Below are positions 1 to 12,464 of a stretch of DNA of 64,000 nucleotides, in pieces. The stretch is from Octopus sinensis. Its lineage: Eukaryota. Under the pieces are notes generated by a model. It saw nothing but the letters and a program-made list of their open reading frames with translations, was not told the origin of the DNA and did no database searches. The stretch lies in assembly GCF_006345805.1 (NCBI RefSeq), contig NC_042999.1, positions 15,252,001 through 15,316,000 on the forward strand, read 5' to 3'. Each line of letters begins with the position of its first letter. Positions within the stretch are counted from its first letter, which is position 1. Position numbers and translations under genes: made by a program.

Positions 1-327
1 TGTAATGATGGGGCATATATGCCCTTGACAGATAAAAGTAGGCTTTTCCATATGCATGGGATGCGAACCCACATCCCTTTGTTAACACCACTAAGTGTGT
101 TACCGATTACACCAGCAAACCAGCCTGACAAATTTAAGAACTATATTAGTTTATAGTTGTATTTGTAAACAAAGTTTTTATGCTTTTGGTGCAAATGGTT
201 TTGTTAAGAGGTGTAGACTTTTACAATTCTGTAAATAATAATAATGGTATTTTTTTAATAAGCTTAAAGCTTACAGCGGTTACTGTGCAAATAGTTTATA
301 TATATAAAAATTATTATAAATATAAAC

Positions 328-678
328 ATAATTATAATTAGGGTTTAGCAAAATTGCTTCACCACATACCAAAATTTAGAAATAGCAATTAAATACTATT
401 CCACTACCATAAGATATCTCCCATACAGCAAAACTCTCAACTCACACAGGCAAAGAGAAAAAAATAACAAATTCTCTCAGCTTTGATTAACTATAAACGA
501 GTTTCTGGATTAAAGATATGTAAAATAACTCATAACTTATTTCCGTCATCTTTGCCTGTGTGAGTTGAGAGTATTGCTGTCTGGGAGATATCTTATGGTA
601 GTGGAATAGTATTTAACTGCTATTTCTAAATTTCGGTATGTGGTGAAGCAATTTTGCTAAACCCTAATTATAATTATA
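328..678. repeat. Fold-back inverted repeat (about 130-bp arms, about 90-bp spacer)
   Basis: 328-456 (ATAATTATAATTAGGGTTTAGC...CACAGGCAAAGA) is the near-exact reverse complement of 549-678. Confidence 0.9.
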
Positions 679-1414
679 ATAATTTTTGTATAAGTTTACC
701 GATAATGGTTCTTTTAACATATCGAACTACTTGGTAAGATTATTAATTATAAATTGATTAATTAATTTTACTCTTTATTACTATTGATAATATATATATA
801 TATATATATATATATCAATACACATATGATGGGATTCTTTCAGTTTCTTTCTATCAAATCCAGTTACAAGGCTTTTGTCAGTCCAGTGCGATAGTAGAAC
901 ATATTTGCCAAAAGTGCAATTGAGTGGCACCTGAAAACACGTGGTTGGGAGGCAAACTTCTTACCAACTAGCAAGTGACTATGTTAATGCAATGGGGATT
1001 GAACCCCTGGCCTCATGGTTGGTTCCAAAGCTAATTTTTTAACCTCTCAGCCATGAGACAATTGAATTAATCAACAGCTTTAATATCATCCGTTTCAGAG
1101 GACCTGTACATGTTATGGCCACAGTAACTCGTGCCACTGATTCCCGATTCAAAACCAGCCACTAAGAGAGCTTCTATGTGGTCAATTAACCAGCTAGAAT
1201 TAATAGCCGAATGTCTTTCAAACCATGGCATAATACAGCCTGGTTCAAAAGAGAACATACCAGATAAAAATAGGCCTTATTGGGGTCCCTGCAACATAAG
1301 AAAAAAAGGTTTGGATGGTCATGGCTGGAATGCTTTTGATCATGATCAGTTGGAGCTACCCAGATTTGAAGAAGGAGCAGAACAGCTATGCTAGTCCTAC
1401 TGCCATCGTCTCTA

Positions 1415-1628
1415 CAAGAACCACCACCACCACCACCACCACGATCACAACCACCATGACCACCACCGCCGCCGCCGCCACCACCGCCACCACCACTACC
1501 ATGACCACAACTACTGCTGTTGTGCATTGTTTATCATTTATAACTTGATTGTTGTGTATTCTAAAGATTTTACAGTGAACGGCAGATGTGGAAAGGATAC
1601 TGGACAAAATACTAACCAGTTTCTCTCA

Positions 1629-1660
<32 letters not shown>

Positions 1661-2845
1661 TTATGTTTTGAGTTCAAATCCAGCCAAGGATTAACATTGT
1701 CTTTTATCCTCGCAAGACTGAGATTGACTTCTATTGTGAAAACCATGATGGTTGCCACAGACAATGCTACAATGATTGCCATTATCGTCCCAATAATGAT
1801 TATTATAGAATCTATGGTATTGATCTATAGATTTGGTCATTGATCAATTGATTATTATATTCATTTAGATTTTATTGATCACTCTTTTAATTTTGATTAT
1901 TATTATTATTATTATTATTATTAATATCATCATCATCATCATCATTATTATTATTATCATTATTATTGTTATTATCATTTATCAACAGCCACTGCCATTT
2001 CTATTTCGCTCTTAGAATGTGGTTTGGTAGAAACAAAGCTAAATGGGATTTTGCAATGGTTCTACAGTTCTTAGAAAACCAATAATCACAGACTGTCTGA
2101 AGGAAATGGGATGACCGTTTTTATTGAAGACTTGAAAAATAAAAATGAAAACAAGAATATTGTTAATCACCATCACTGCCACCACCACCACCACCATTAC
2201 TATTCCCGCCATCATCATCATGACCACTGCCACAACTATCATTACCACCATGACCACCACCACTGCTCCTATTATCATCACCAGCACTAGCAGTGAAGGC
2301 GCAATGGCCAAGTGGTTAGGGCAGCGGACTCACAGTCGGAGGATTGCGGTTTCGATTCCCAGACCGGGCGTTGTGTGTGTTTATTGAATGAAAACACCTA
2401 AAGCTCCATGAGGCTCTGGCAGGGGGTGGTGGCAACCCCTGTTGTACTCTTTTGCGCCAACTTTCTGTCACTCTTTCTTCCTGTTTCTTGTCCCCGACTT
2501 CCTACGCAACTGCTGAGCCTGGATGCGCATTCATCCATCCGACGATGCTCTCGGTGTCAGGGGTTGACCTGCTTTCTCTTCTGCGGGTCTTATGAATAGC
2601 AAAGGACCATGTTTCGGACTTCTCCCACTACAGAGGGGCGATCTTGCAAGCTCTGGGATGAAGACCGCTTCGCTCAACAAACAAACAAACAAACCAGCAC
2701 CAGCACCACCACTGCCACCACTACCACCAGCACTGCCACCACCACCACCACCACTACCATCATCCCCAGCACCACCACTGTCATCACTACCTCCAGCACC
2801 AACTGCCACCACCACCATCACCAGCACTACCACCACCATCACCAG
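1415..2845. repeat. Cluster of (CAC/CAT/ATT)n trinucleotide tracts (about 1415-1515, 1895-1980, 2165-2290, 2695-2845)
   Basis: Direct reading; these give rise to the poly-T/G/V/P ORFs in the ORF track. Confidence 0.9.
2295..2694 (+). mobile_element. tRNA-derived SINE family A, 3' tail variant 1
   Basis: Head GGCGCAATGGCCAAGTGGTTAGG (A box)...GGTTTCGATTCCC (B box), shared with 8400 and 19195; ends in (CAAA)n. Confidence 0.85.
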
Positions 2846-3102
2846 TATTATCTGTTGGTCACAACTCCTGACAAAAGCGTTGTCATTTTTATTTCTTTGG
2901 TTAGTGACAGTATAGCATTTGAACTTAGGACATAAAGTTCAAATAAATACCCACATGCCCCCCCCCCCTCACACACACTATCCAGTGCTCTAACAAGTTC
3001 GATCTTTTGCCATAAACTTTTATTTTATTTTGATTTTCTTTACTCCAAAAAGATGGAAAAATAAAGTTGATATCAGCATGATTTGATCTCAGAATGCAGA
3101 TT

Positions 3103-3290
3103 GACAACCGATGCTGGTGTGCTTACGTCCCCGTCACTTAGCGGTTCAGCAAAAGAGACCGATAGAATAAGTACTGTACTGGGCTTACAAAGAATAAGTC
3201 CCGGGGTCGATTTGCTCGACTAAAGGCAGTGCTCCAGCATGGCCGCAGTCAAATGACTGAAACAAGTAAAAGAGTAAAAGAGAGAGAGTA
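3103..3290 (+). mobile_element. SINE family C, 3' half
   Basis: GACAACCGATGCTGGTGTG...GCATGGCCGCAGTCAAATGACTGAAACAAG, recurring many times in the window. Confidence 0.85.
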
Positions 3291-4543
3291 AGTGCCGATC
3301 ATCTGTCCAATACTCCTCAACTAAATCTGTCAATTTACCATACTCCATTTTCGATTTTATGTCATTTTTTAAGTAAAGAAATTAATGGAAAAACTAAACC
3401 TTTTCAGTTGAATTATCTGACTTGACGTTCATCTCAGCAAACATATTTAAAAACATAAATATTGCAAAACGCAAACCCAAAAGCCAATATTGAAATGGAA
3501 AATCAAATCAAATATATGCGAAAATATGCGCAAATAATTTATTAAAACAGGAAAAAGTTAATAAATTTTTTCAAACGTTTACATAGCCACAATATTTACA
3601 CTTATGTATGCGACTTTGAGAACCGATAGTTCAAGCATTTCATTGCGAGGCAGCATTGTAGCTCATAACAGGAAATTCAAACATGAGTTTATGTTTACTG
3701 TGTATAAATTTGTGTTATTTTTCTTCATTACACTATGCTGTCCAAGAAAGCTCCTGTAGCTGGATCGAGTCATGGTGATCCTAAGTGCCATGCTACTTTG
3801 AGAAGATAAGTTGGCAATAATCAAGCTGGTACTGATAGTGTGCTAATGGCATAAACCAGATGATGGGTTGTACTCTTATTCATGACAAGGAAAGTGTTTT
3901 AATTCACATCCAAGATATTGTTCGTGGAATGAAGATCAAGGAGGCAAAATCATGGAAGAAATTGAACAATTTCTTTCTCTTTGACTTGACCAACAGACTC
4001 GTCAGCATCCCCAAAAGTCAGATAATAATTTAAGAGAAAACACCGTCATTGTACAATGGCCTTAAAAAGTATCCCGACGATGTGGCAGAGGAAATCAAGG
4101 CTAGTTCCTGATGACATGGCAGAGGAAATTAAGGCTAGTTCCTGATGGCTTATGCTACTCAAGGTGCAATACAATCTTCGTAATGTTAAGGTCCAAAGCG
4201 AAAGTGCATTGGCAAATGCAGTAGCAGCTGCCATGTTTCCTGCAACATTGGTGCAGATTATTAAAGATAACAGTTTTATTCTCCTGCAGATTTTCAATGT
4301 TGATGAGACCAGGCTTTTCTGGAAAAGAAAGCTAGACCGGTCTTTCATAGCTAAGGAGAAGTGAGAAGTCTTTTCTTGATTTTAAGGCCTATAAAGGTTG
4401 TTTGACTCTTTTATTGGGAGTCAGTTGTTAGGATAGGGGAGGGAATACAAGTTAAAGCCTTTCTTAGTTTATCATGCAGAAAATCCAAGAACATTTAAGA
4501 ACATCACAATGGCATTGCTGTGACTTATATATATATGTGAAAC

Positions 4544-4775
4544 AAGGTGGCGAGCTAGCAGAAACGTTAGCTCACCGGGCGAAATGTGTATCCGTATTTC
4601 GTCTGCAGTTACGTTCTGGGTTCAAATTCCGCCGAGGTCGACTTTGCCTTTCATCCTTTCGGGGTCGATAAATTAAGTGCCAGTTACACACTGGGGTCAA
4701 TGTAATCGACTTAATCTGTTTGTCTGTCCTTGTTTGTCCCTTCTGTGTTTAGCCCCTTGTGGGTAGTAAAGAAAT
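4544..4775 (+). mobile_element. tRNA-derived SINE family B
   Basis: AAGGTGGCGAGCTAGCAGAAACGTTAGC...CTTTCATCCTTTCGGGGTCGATAAATTAAG...GGGTAGTAAAGAAATA; more than 12 copies in the window. Confidence 0.9.
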
Positions 4776-4981
4776 ATATATATGCAAAACATCAAGGGTT
4801 GAGTGACTGTCAGAATTAATGAAGATTGGTTTTACACTTATTTGTTCCAACAGTTGAGAGATATTATAAAGAAAACAACTTCCATTTGAGGTTCTTTTTT
4901 TTTTTAGACAATGCTCCTGGCTACCTGCAAAATGTCCACCATTGTATGCTTATCCTCTAATACCACCTCTCTACTGCAACC

Positions 4982-5187
4982 TATTTCTTTACTACCCACA
5001 AGGGGCTAAACACAGAGAGGACAAACAAGGACAGAAAAACAGATTAAGTTGATTACATTGACCCCAATGCATAACTGGTACTTATTTAATTGACCCCGAA
5101 AGGATGAAAGGCAAAGTCGACCTTGGCGGAATTTGAACTCAGAACGTATTGACAGACAAAATACCGCTAAGCATTTTGGCCGGCATG
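4982..5187 (-). mobile_element. SINE family B
   Basis: Reverse complement of the 4544 element. Confidence 0.9.
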
Positions 5188-5796
5188 GACCAGGCTACCA
5201 TTTTTAACTTCAAGTGTTACTACCAAAAATAACGCTGTCCAAGATAGAAATAACATCATCATTCAACAGATAGGTACCAAACCAAACCAAACCAGATGAT
5301 ACAAGTTACTTCACACTGTAATTGACATAACAATGCTGCCAACTATCCAAGAGACTTTCTCAGTTCTCTTCAACCCACATGATGACCTTCTTCAACCTGT
5401 AGTTGAAAGGAACAGCATCCAATTTGTTGCTACGAAATTTAAATACCCCAATCCAATGTACCAACACAGAACTCGTCAAAATTCTCATACATGATGAGAT
5501 CAGAGCCTTATGATTTGTTACACCAAGAGAGAGGCTTGTATTCCATACATTCCCCTCATCCAATCAGATATGTTATTTCAGCCCATGCACCTTCAGTTTC
5601 CACTGGCACTCTGTTTTTTGTGATCATCAACAAGTCTGAAAGAGGATTCTCCAGAATTAGTAGGCTTCACTTAACAAGTCTATGTTTCACATGTGGTCAT
5701 CTCTATGTTGTATCTTCACATGTTGAGTCAAGCAGACATTTTTTCATCACACCAAATTGCACAAGAAATGTTGTCTACTTCAGAGCTTTTGGTCTT

Positions 5797-6231
5797 TTAC
5801 TTGTTTCAGTCAATTGACTGTGGCCATGCTGGAGCACCGCCTTTTAGTCGAGCAAATCGACCCAGGGAATTATTCTTTGTAAGCCTAGTACTTATTCTAT
5901 CTGTCTCTTTTGCCGAACCACTAAGTTATAGGAACATAAATACACCAGCATCAGTTGTCAAGCAATGTTGGGGGTACAAAGACAGACACACAAACATATA
6001 CACACACATACATATAAATATATATATACACACACATACATATATATATATACACACACACAAATATACGACGGGCTTCTTTCAGTTTCCGTCTACCAAA
6101 TCCACTCACAAGGGTTTGGTCGGCCCAAGGCTAAAGTAGAAAACACTTGCCCAAGGTGCCACGCAGTGGGACTGAACCTGGAACCATGTGGTTAGTAAGC
6201 AAGCTACTTACCACACAGTCACTCCTGCGCC
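5797..6231 (-). mobile_element. SINE family C, full length with internal microsatellite
   Basis: Minus-strand head GGCGCAGGAGTGACTGTGTGGTAAG...GGTTCAGTCCC...CCTTGGGCAAGT (CORE-like motif), internal (TA)/(TG) tract, then the family C tail. Confidence 0.9.
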
Positions 6232-6534
6232 TGATAGCTTTTATTGAGGAAAAAAAAAAGTTACATTTCTATTAGAACTACTTCTGTCTAATATGTTGAA
6301 TAAGTTAATTTTTTTTTTTCATATATAACATATAACCATGTACATCTTTCAGAACATTGTCATTTTATAAGATTTTGCGAGCAAATTTTTAAATTAGCAA
6401 AAACATTTATTCACACGAAAGAAAATTACCGGAGAACTTTCATCTAATTCTTCCAAATATTTCTGTTAAAACTGTATTGAAACCATTTGTGGGGAATTCT
6501 TTTTTTTTATCACAGCAATTGAGTTTTTAAAAAA

Positions 6535-6880
6535 ATAATAATGAAATTTTGTATACAGTGCTCAGGTGCACAATAACTTGTCAAAAGTGAGTATAAAGCA
6601 TACGCAGTAATGTACAAATGTCTGGAAAGTGAACAGTGTATGAGTCAGATACATGCTTGCGTGTATATGGAGGGGGGGGGGGGGAGAAAATCAGGTGTAG
6701 TGTTGGCGAATCTCAGGAAGCATGGAAGTTTTGAAGGATGCAGTGATCCGACAACTAACAACTGATGCCGGCAGTTTGTTCCATGCTTCAGCAACTCTTA
6801 GCGTGAAAAAATGTTTCCGAAAGTCACGGGAGCTGTGCTGTTTTCTGGCTTTGTAAACATGTCCACGGGTGTTAGACAGG
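6535..6880 (-). mobile_element. CR1-clade LINE 3' end
   Basis: Reverse complement matches 49700-50030 (FFTLRVAEAWNKLPASVV and 3' UTR GTGCACCTGAGCACTGTATA) with an (ATT)n tail. Confidence 0.85.
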
Positions 6881-7160
6881 TCTCACACCACAAGATTTAA
6901 TGGAGCCTACTGAAGCATTACCACGGGCGATGGCAAGGCCAAGGTGTTGGGAAAGCCAAGCGCCCTTACGGGTATCAGTTGACACCTCGGTGAGGCGAGC
7001 TGCCAATGTTGACAAGAACTTCGCGGTTAGTGGCCCAGTCCCTCTGAATGCCTCAAACGCCACAGGGTGGAAGAGATAGTTCTCTATCAGGTCTCAATAC
7101 TTGAGGGTTTTCTTCCGTTCAGCTACGGAAGCAGTGACCCTCCCATTAACTGCAGCATCA
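6881..7160 (-). mobile_element. C-terminal fragment of an RLE-type non-LTR retrotransposon (CRE-like)
   Basis: AERKKTLKY*DL...FHPVAFEAFRGTGP...WLSQHLGLAIARGNASV matches the AExRKxxKY/PVAxET/QRLSxAIxRGNA pattern. Confidence 0.65.
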
Positions 7161-7514
7161 TTTCAGAATTACAAGAAAATATATTAAGTAAAACATAAAG
7201 AGTGGCTAGTACAGTATGCGGACAACCACGGTGTCAAACAGGGTTATCTACCTTATTTTTCAGGTATTTCCAGATATTTCAGAGATAAAACACTTCAGAT
7301 ATTCCAGAGGTTGCAAGGCGCAACGAAAATTTTAGGAAAATAAAAATAAGAAAAAAGTGGAGATTTTACCGGTGAGTGTGTTACATTATAAGGCACAAAA
7401 AGACAATGACTCTCCCCAGACACAATAGAATATGCTTCAACACACGAAAGAATCTTGCAAACCAAATCCAAAAACTTCAGATATTTCAGAGATAATTTTT
7501 TTCTCAGAATCATA

Positions 7515-8035
7515 GTTTTAGCATCCAACCATGATCACTCAATGGCCTGTGTGTGTGCTCCAGTCACTGGATCCACATAATATCGTTGATGGTTCACTGG
7601 CAGATGATAATAACCTATGGCATTTAAATTATCGTAAGCGGGCCACTCATCTGAATGAATCAGTGAGCCTTTTTCACATTCTCTTTCAATAATTAGGATC
7701 AGACTGTTCCCGTCACGCCGTTCCACACGAAAGTATCGACAGTCTGAGCCTTGTTTGAGACCAAAAACCCACGGCCGATCAATTCGACGACTATGGTTCC
7801 TGTGTTTCGTTGTTCTGCATTACTGTCTTCGAAGAGAGGAGTATTGTCGCCATTCAAACATTCTTCCAGAATTGCATTTTCGTCGACAAGCAAATCTTGT
7901 TTCGTCGATCGCAAAGGGGTTATCGTTTGTTCCAACCATCTTCCCTCGTCGTTCATTATAAACTACGGGTCCACATACCTTGCGGCACGCATTGTGCCAG
8001 TCAGTTATTGTATTTTAAGATTTTCCTGTCAGAGC
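7515..8035 (-). mobile_element. Merlin/IS1595(ISXO2)-like DDE transposase pseudogene
   Basis: TITDWHNACRKVC, IDETRFACRRKCNSGR, PWVFG, IHSDEWPAY, VNHQRYYVDPVTGAHTQAIE; contains an internal stop. Confidence 0.9.
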
Positions 8036-8129
8036 TAGTGCTGGGGTCATGGGTATATCCACAACAAAGGAAAATATTGGTTCTAAAACCTCACTCAGGC
8101 TCAGCTTGCAGTTTAATTTTCTGTTAATG

Positions 8130-8358
8130 TCAGGAGCAAAGACAGCCGAGGAGAGACGGATTCAGTCAGCAGAACAGAAACGCCAGAGCCACTTGCACCA
8201 ATAGCACAGCCCCTACTCACTTCTGCCCCACCTGTGGGAGGGGCTTTCTTGCCCGGATAGGCCTCACCAGTCACCTCCGGTCTCATAGCAGCAATTCCAC
8301 CAAATGATGTCAATGGTCATCTTCGAACCCGAAGGACGAACATTATTATTATTATTAA
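8130..8358 (+). mobile_element. RTE-clade LINE 3' end
   Basis: EERRIQSAEQKRQ...CPTCGRAFLARIGLTSHLRSH (C2H2-like C-terminus), then 3' UTR and (ATT)n tail. Confidence 0.8.
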
Positions 8359-8399
8359 TGTCGGTAACACGGAAAAATTGGTTTCTTTTATTAACTGAA

Positions 8400-8705
8400 G
8401 TGGAGGCGCAATGGCCCAGTGGTTAGGGCAGCGGACTCGCGGTCGGAGGATCGCGGTTTCGATTCCCAGACCGGGCGTTGTGTGTGTTTATTGAGTGAAA
8501 ACATCTAAAAGCTTTACGAGGCTCCAGCAGGGGGTGGTGGTGACCCCTGTTGTACTCTTTCGCCTCGACTTTCTCTCACTCTCTCTCCCTGTTTCTTGTG
8601 TAACACTGCGATGGATAGGCGTCCCGTCCAGCTGGGGGAAACATATACGCCACAGAAACCGGAAAACCGGGCCCATGAGCCTGGCAAGGCTTGGAAAGGG
8701 CGACG
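8400..8705 (+). mobile_element. SINE family A, 3' tail variant 2, with TSD
   Basis: Family A head; flanked by TTATTAACTGAA (8388-8399) and TTATTTACTGAA (8706-8717). Confidence 0.9.
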
Positions 8706-8831
8706 TTATTTACTGAACAATTAAGGTAGGTAACCCTGACTATACTATTTGACAACGTAGTAGACCGCATACTATACTAGCACCACATAAAAATACTATG
8801 ATTTTAGTCACAAATAAAAATTATCAATAAA

Positions 8832-8970
8832 TGTGGTTAGTGGTCCAATCCCTCCGAACGTCTCAAACACCACAAGTTGGAAAGGATAGTTCACTGTCAG
8901 GTCCCGATACTTTAGGGTTTTCTTCCATTCGGCTACGGAAGCAGTGTCCCTCTCATTAACTGCAACATCA
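8832..8970 (-). mobile_element. CRE-like LINE C-terminal fragment, second copy
   Basis: AEWKKTLKYRDLTVNYPFQLVVFETFGGIGP; homologous to 7020-7160. Confidence 0.65.
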
Positions 8971-9437
8971 TTTTAGAATTAGCAGAAAATATATTAAGTA
9001 AAACATAAAGATACTATGTGTTTTAGTCACAAAATCAAAATTACCAATAAACAATCACAAAAGTTTCATAAATCATAAAAGCCTGAAAATCTGCATTGCA
9101 AAAATGAAAAAGCTCGCGAATCTAAGTACAGTAGAAAAAACTTTAAAAAAGCGCTATATGAACACTTACCGTAAGTTTTCATTTAGGTTTAACGAAGTAT
9201 TTGGTACCTAGGCAACGCTATATTCTCTTAATGCTTCTCGTTCCTCGTATCCTTCTCACCACCAGAGCTACTAATACTACTACCACTACGACCACCACAA
9301 AAACAACAACAACAAACACGACCTTGACCATGATCACATCCACACTCGTTATTTAGCATAATTTTTAATTTACCTTTTTCCAGTTTATTTTATTTATTCA
9401 CTGCATACAAATGTACACACGAATGAATAACTCTCTC

Positions 9438-9460
9438 TGTATATATATATATATATATAT

Positions 9461-9499
<39 letters not shown>

Positions 9500-9562
9500 T
9501 ACACACATATACACACATACATATACATATACATATATATATATATCCATACATGTATGTAT

Positions 9563-9597
<35 letters not shown>

Positions 9598-9654
9598 GTA
9601 TATGCATATATATATATGTATATGTATGTATGTATATATATTTGTATGTATATG

Positions 9655-9699
<45 letters not shown>

Positions 9700-9825
9700 A
9701 TATACATGTATGTATGTATTTATATATATATATATACATACACACATACATATATATATATACACACATACACTAAGCATGTATGTATGAATATATATTT
9801 CTGTATATTTGAGTATAATGTGCGT

Positions 9826-9879
<54 letters not shown>

Positions 9880-9962
9880 CATGTTATATCTTACATATAT
9901 ATACATACATTACATATAGGCATATATATTTATATATATATATATATGTATGTATGTATGTA
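9438..9962. repeat. Compound (TA)n/(TACA)n microsatellite
   Basis: Direct reading. Confidence 0.95.
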
Positions 9963-10504
9963 CATGGCCAGATTTAACATTAAACAAATTAAGCATGCAC
10001 TAAGGCAAACAAAAATTTTTCCGGTGCCAGATTTATCACGGCGTAAATAGTAAATTATAATAGTTTTTGAAAAAAAAAACAAAAAGAATACGAATAAAAA
10101 ATGTAGAAAATTTGCATTTTCCTCATTGCTCTTGTTATAAGTAAATGATTTACGTATATTGCTTGCTGTCATTTAGTGTTAAATAAATCAAATACGAAAA
10201 CAGGCAATATCTAAGTGGTGTGGACTGGTTTAAAGGAATGGACTATTGAAAGAACTAAATTTTTACTCTATCATTTCTGGTTCTCATTGAGTATATATTT
10301 GGTCTCAATTACTTGTCAGCAAAATAATGGAAAGCTCGCTGGGGTTGTCGATGGCGTTGGGAAGCAGCACCATTATAGGAATATGCCTCGGGCATCAAGC
10401 TGGCTTTTAATTCGCCATTTGTGCGCATACGTACACATACGTACATGTTCATGCATAGATAAATACGTATTCACACATACACGCATATGTGTATGTGTAT
10501 ACAT

Positions 10505-10641
10505 GTAGTGGCTGCGTGATAAGTAGCTTGCTTACGAACCACATGGTTCCGGGTTCAGTCCCACTGCGTGGCACCTATAACCTCGGGCCGACCAAAGCCT
10601 TGTGAGTGGATTTGGTTGACGGAAACTGAAAGAAGTCCGTC

Positions 10642-10645
<4 letters not shown>
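10505..10645 (+). mobile_element. SINE family C 5' head
   Basis: GTGGCTGCGTGATAAGTAGC...GGTTCAGTCCC...GGAAACTGAAAGAAG, followed by (TA)n. Confidence 0.85.
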
Positions 10646-10681
<36 letters not shown>

Positions 10682-10844
10682 CTTTAATTTTGTATTATTT
10701 TTTTCTTGTATGTATTTTTTGTGCAGTTCTTTGTTACGTCTCTTTTTGTGTTACATTTTTTCTTGCTCGTTTTACCCCTCTACGAGGTTATTTTATTTTA
10801 ATTCTCTCGTAGGAAGGCTTAGCATGGACAGACGTGTTCTGTCT

Positions 10845-10918
10845 TTGCCTTCGAAACACGTGTCTGCTAGCGACAGCTGATGAAGGGGATTTTTCCTTGT
10901 ACAGCATGTCCTGTACTT
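10845..10918 (+). ncRNA. Possible degenerate or permuted hammerhead-like motif
   Basis: CCTTC-GAAAC-ACGT-GTC...ACAG-CTGATGA-AGGGGATTTTTCCTT; core motifs present but helix I or GAAA is imperfect in either reading. Confidence 0.3.
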
Positions 10919-11379
10919 CGTTTTTCTGCTGCACGTAATTGTTTGTCCCGTTTTCGTTTTCGTTTCGTCTTGTTCCACGTCTCTGTCCTTCTGCTGTAAC
11001 AAAATGGCTTTTCCGTTTTCGTTTCTGTTGATTTTTACGTCTTCTTGTGGTGTCCTGTACGTATATATATTTATATATGCATGTATATACACATGTAGAT
11101 GTCGGTACGTACATATATGTTTGTATGTATGCATATATTTTATTTATTACACTATATATATATATATGTATATATACCGGAGTAAACAAGGGAAACTGTT
11201 CTTAACATGTTCTTATTATCAAAGAATGTATATATATATTGTAATATTTTGTGACAACCAGTACCTAACTCAACCAGACTTTTACATGTTACTTTTGACA
11301 ATCTTTTTCTAAAAAGGTGAAACCGGTCAAGTAAATAAACATCTTTTAAAATTGCATTTTCAAACCTTCTTTCATATAA

Positions 11380-11453
<74 letters not shown>

Positions 11454-11578
11454 ATGTATGTATATATATGTGTATATATGTATGTATATATATGTGTATA
11501 TATGTATGTATGTATATATATGTGTATATATGTATGTATGTATATATATGTGTATATATGTATGTATGTATATATATG

Positions 11579-11669
<91 letters not shown>

Positions 11670-11670
11670 C
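11380..11670. repeat. Compound (TA)n microsatellite
   Basis: Direct reading. Confidence 0.95.
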
Positions 11671-11819
11671 AAAATGAGAAAATGGAGAAATATATCTAAA
11701 TCAATCATCAACTATCAGATAATACCCAATCAATACTTTATTAAACCACTACACAATAGTAATGATATTATACATTAATATAGTACAAATATAACAAGAC
11801 ATAGAAATAGAAATAGAAA

Positions 11820-11955
11820 TGCATTTACATTGTAGCTGACAGCTGTTTCGGCCGTGAAGACAGGTATGTCTCATTTAACCTATTAGCCATATAAAGCAGG
11901 TATAAATGAGACATTAACAAGAATATCTCACGGCCTCTTCAGAGATTTTAATGCA
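11820..11955 (-). ncRNA. Type I hammerhead ribozyme with long helix II
   Basis: Minus strand: TGCATTAAAATCT-CTGAAGA-GGCCGTGAGA...TCTTCACGGCC-GAAAC-AGCT-GTC^AGCTACAATGTAAATGCA; all core nucleotides present. Confidence 0.8.
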
Positions 11956-12354
11956 AGTATGAGTACAAATCCTAAAAAAATTACATATAAATATAAATAT
12001 GTGTGCATACACACTCATATTCTTACATATATATATATATATATACACAATAATACAATATAAACAATATAGATCAATATACATCAACAAACACAATAAT
12101 GTTCCATATTGAACTCCACAGCTCCTCAACCAACATCAAGAAACCACAACAGATACACTCACACTCAAAGCAGGCATATATATTAAACAGTCCAATATAT
12201 TGAAATGTGTCATTTCACAAAAAGTCAATAAAATTAATATCACCACGACGGTACCATCCAATGCAAGCGGACATCCGCATAAGATACATACATAGGGTAG
12301 CAAATATTCGTTATAAATATCACCACCAGTGAATTATAAGTTAGTAATTGAGGC

Positions 12355-12464
12355 CGGTTACTGAGGAGAATTCGCCTGGCGATAATATTGTTTTGCTAAA
12401 TTACCAATTAAAGGATGGCAAATAATCTTATTTGCTAAAGAAATTCGAAACCATGGTATAACCA
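12355..12464 (+). ncRNA. Type I hammerhead ribozyme, copy 1
   Basis: CGGTTA-CTGAGGA-GAATT...AATTC-GAAAC-CATG-GTA^TAACC; helix I GGTTA/TAACC; palindromic helix III ACCATGGT. Confidence 0.8.

Larger units (their letters stand above)
3770..5230 (+). mobile_element. Degenerate Tigger/pogo (CENP-B/DDE_1) transposase, interrupted by two SINEs
   Basis: ORF 4152-4364 has QIFNVDETRLFWKR; downstream frames give KPFLVYHAENPRTFKNI and DNAPG; stops, frameshifts and a 32-bp internal duplication at about 4078-4147. Confidence 0.85.

Noticed and set aside
2295-2370. tRNA-like sequences at SINE heads
   Set aside because: A and B boxes are present, but they continue into SINE bodies with TSDs; these are not standalone tRNA genes
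1186-2935. Poly-Gly/Thr/Pro/Val ORFs resembling mucin or glycine-rich proteins
   Set aside because: They arise from (CAC)n tracts, are open in several frames on both strands and run through a SINE
9150-9260. Strong minus-strand donor-like GTAAGT near 9170
   Set aside because: No matching acceptor or coding frame was identified; a single splice-like motif is not evidence of an exon
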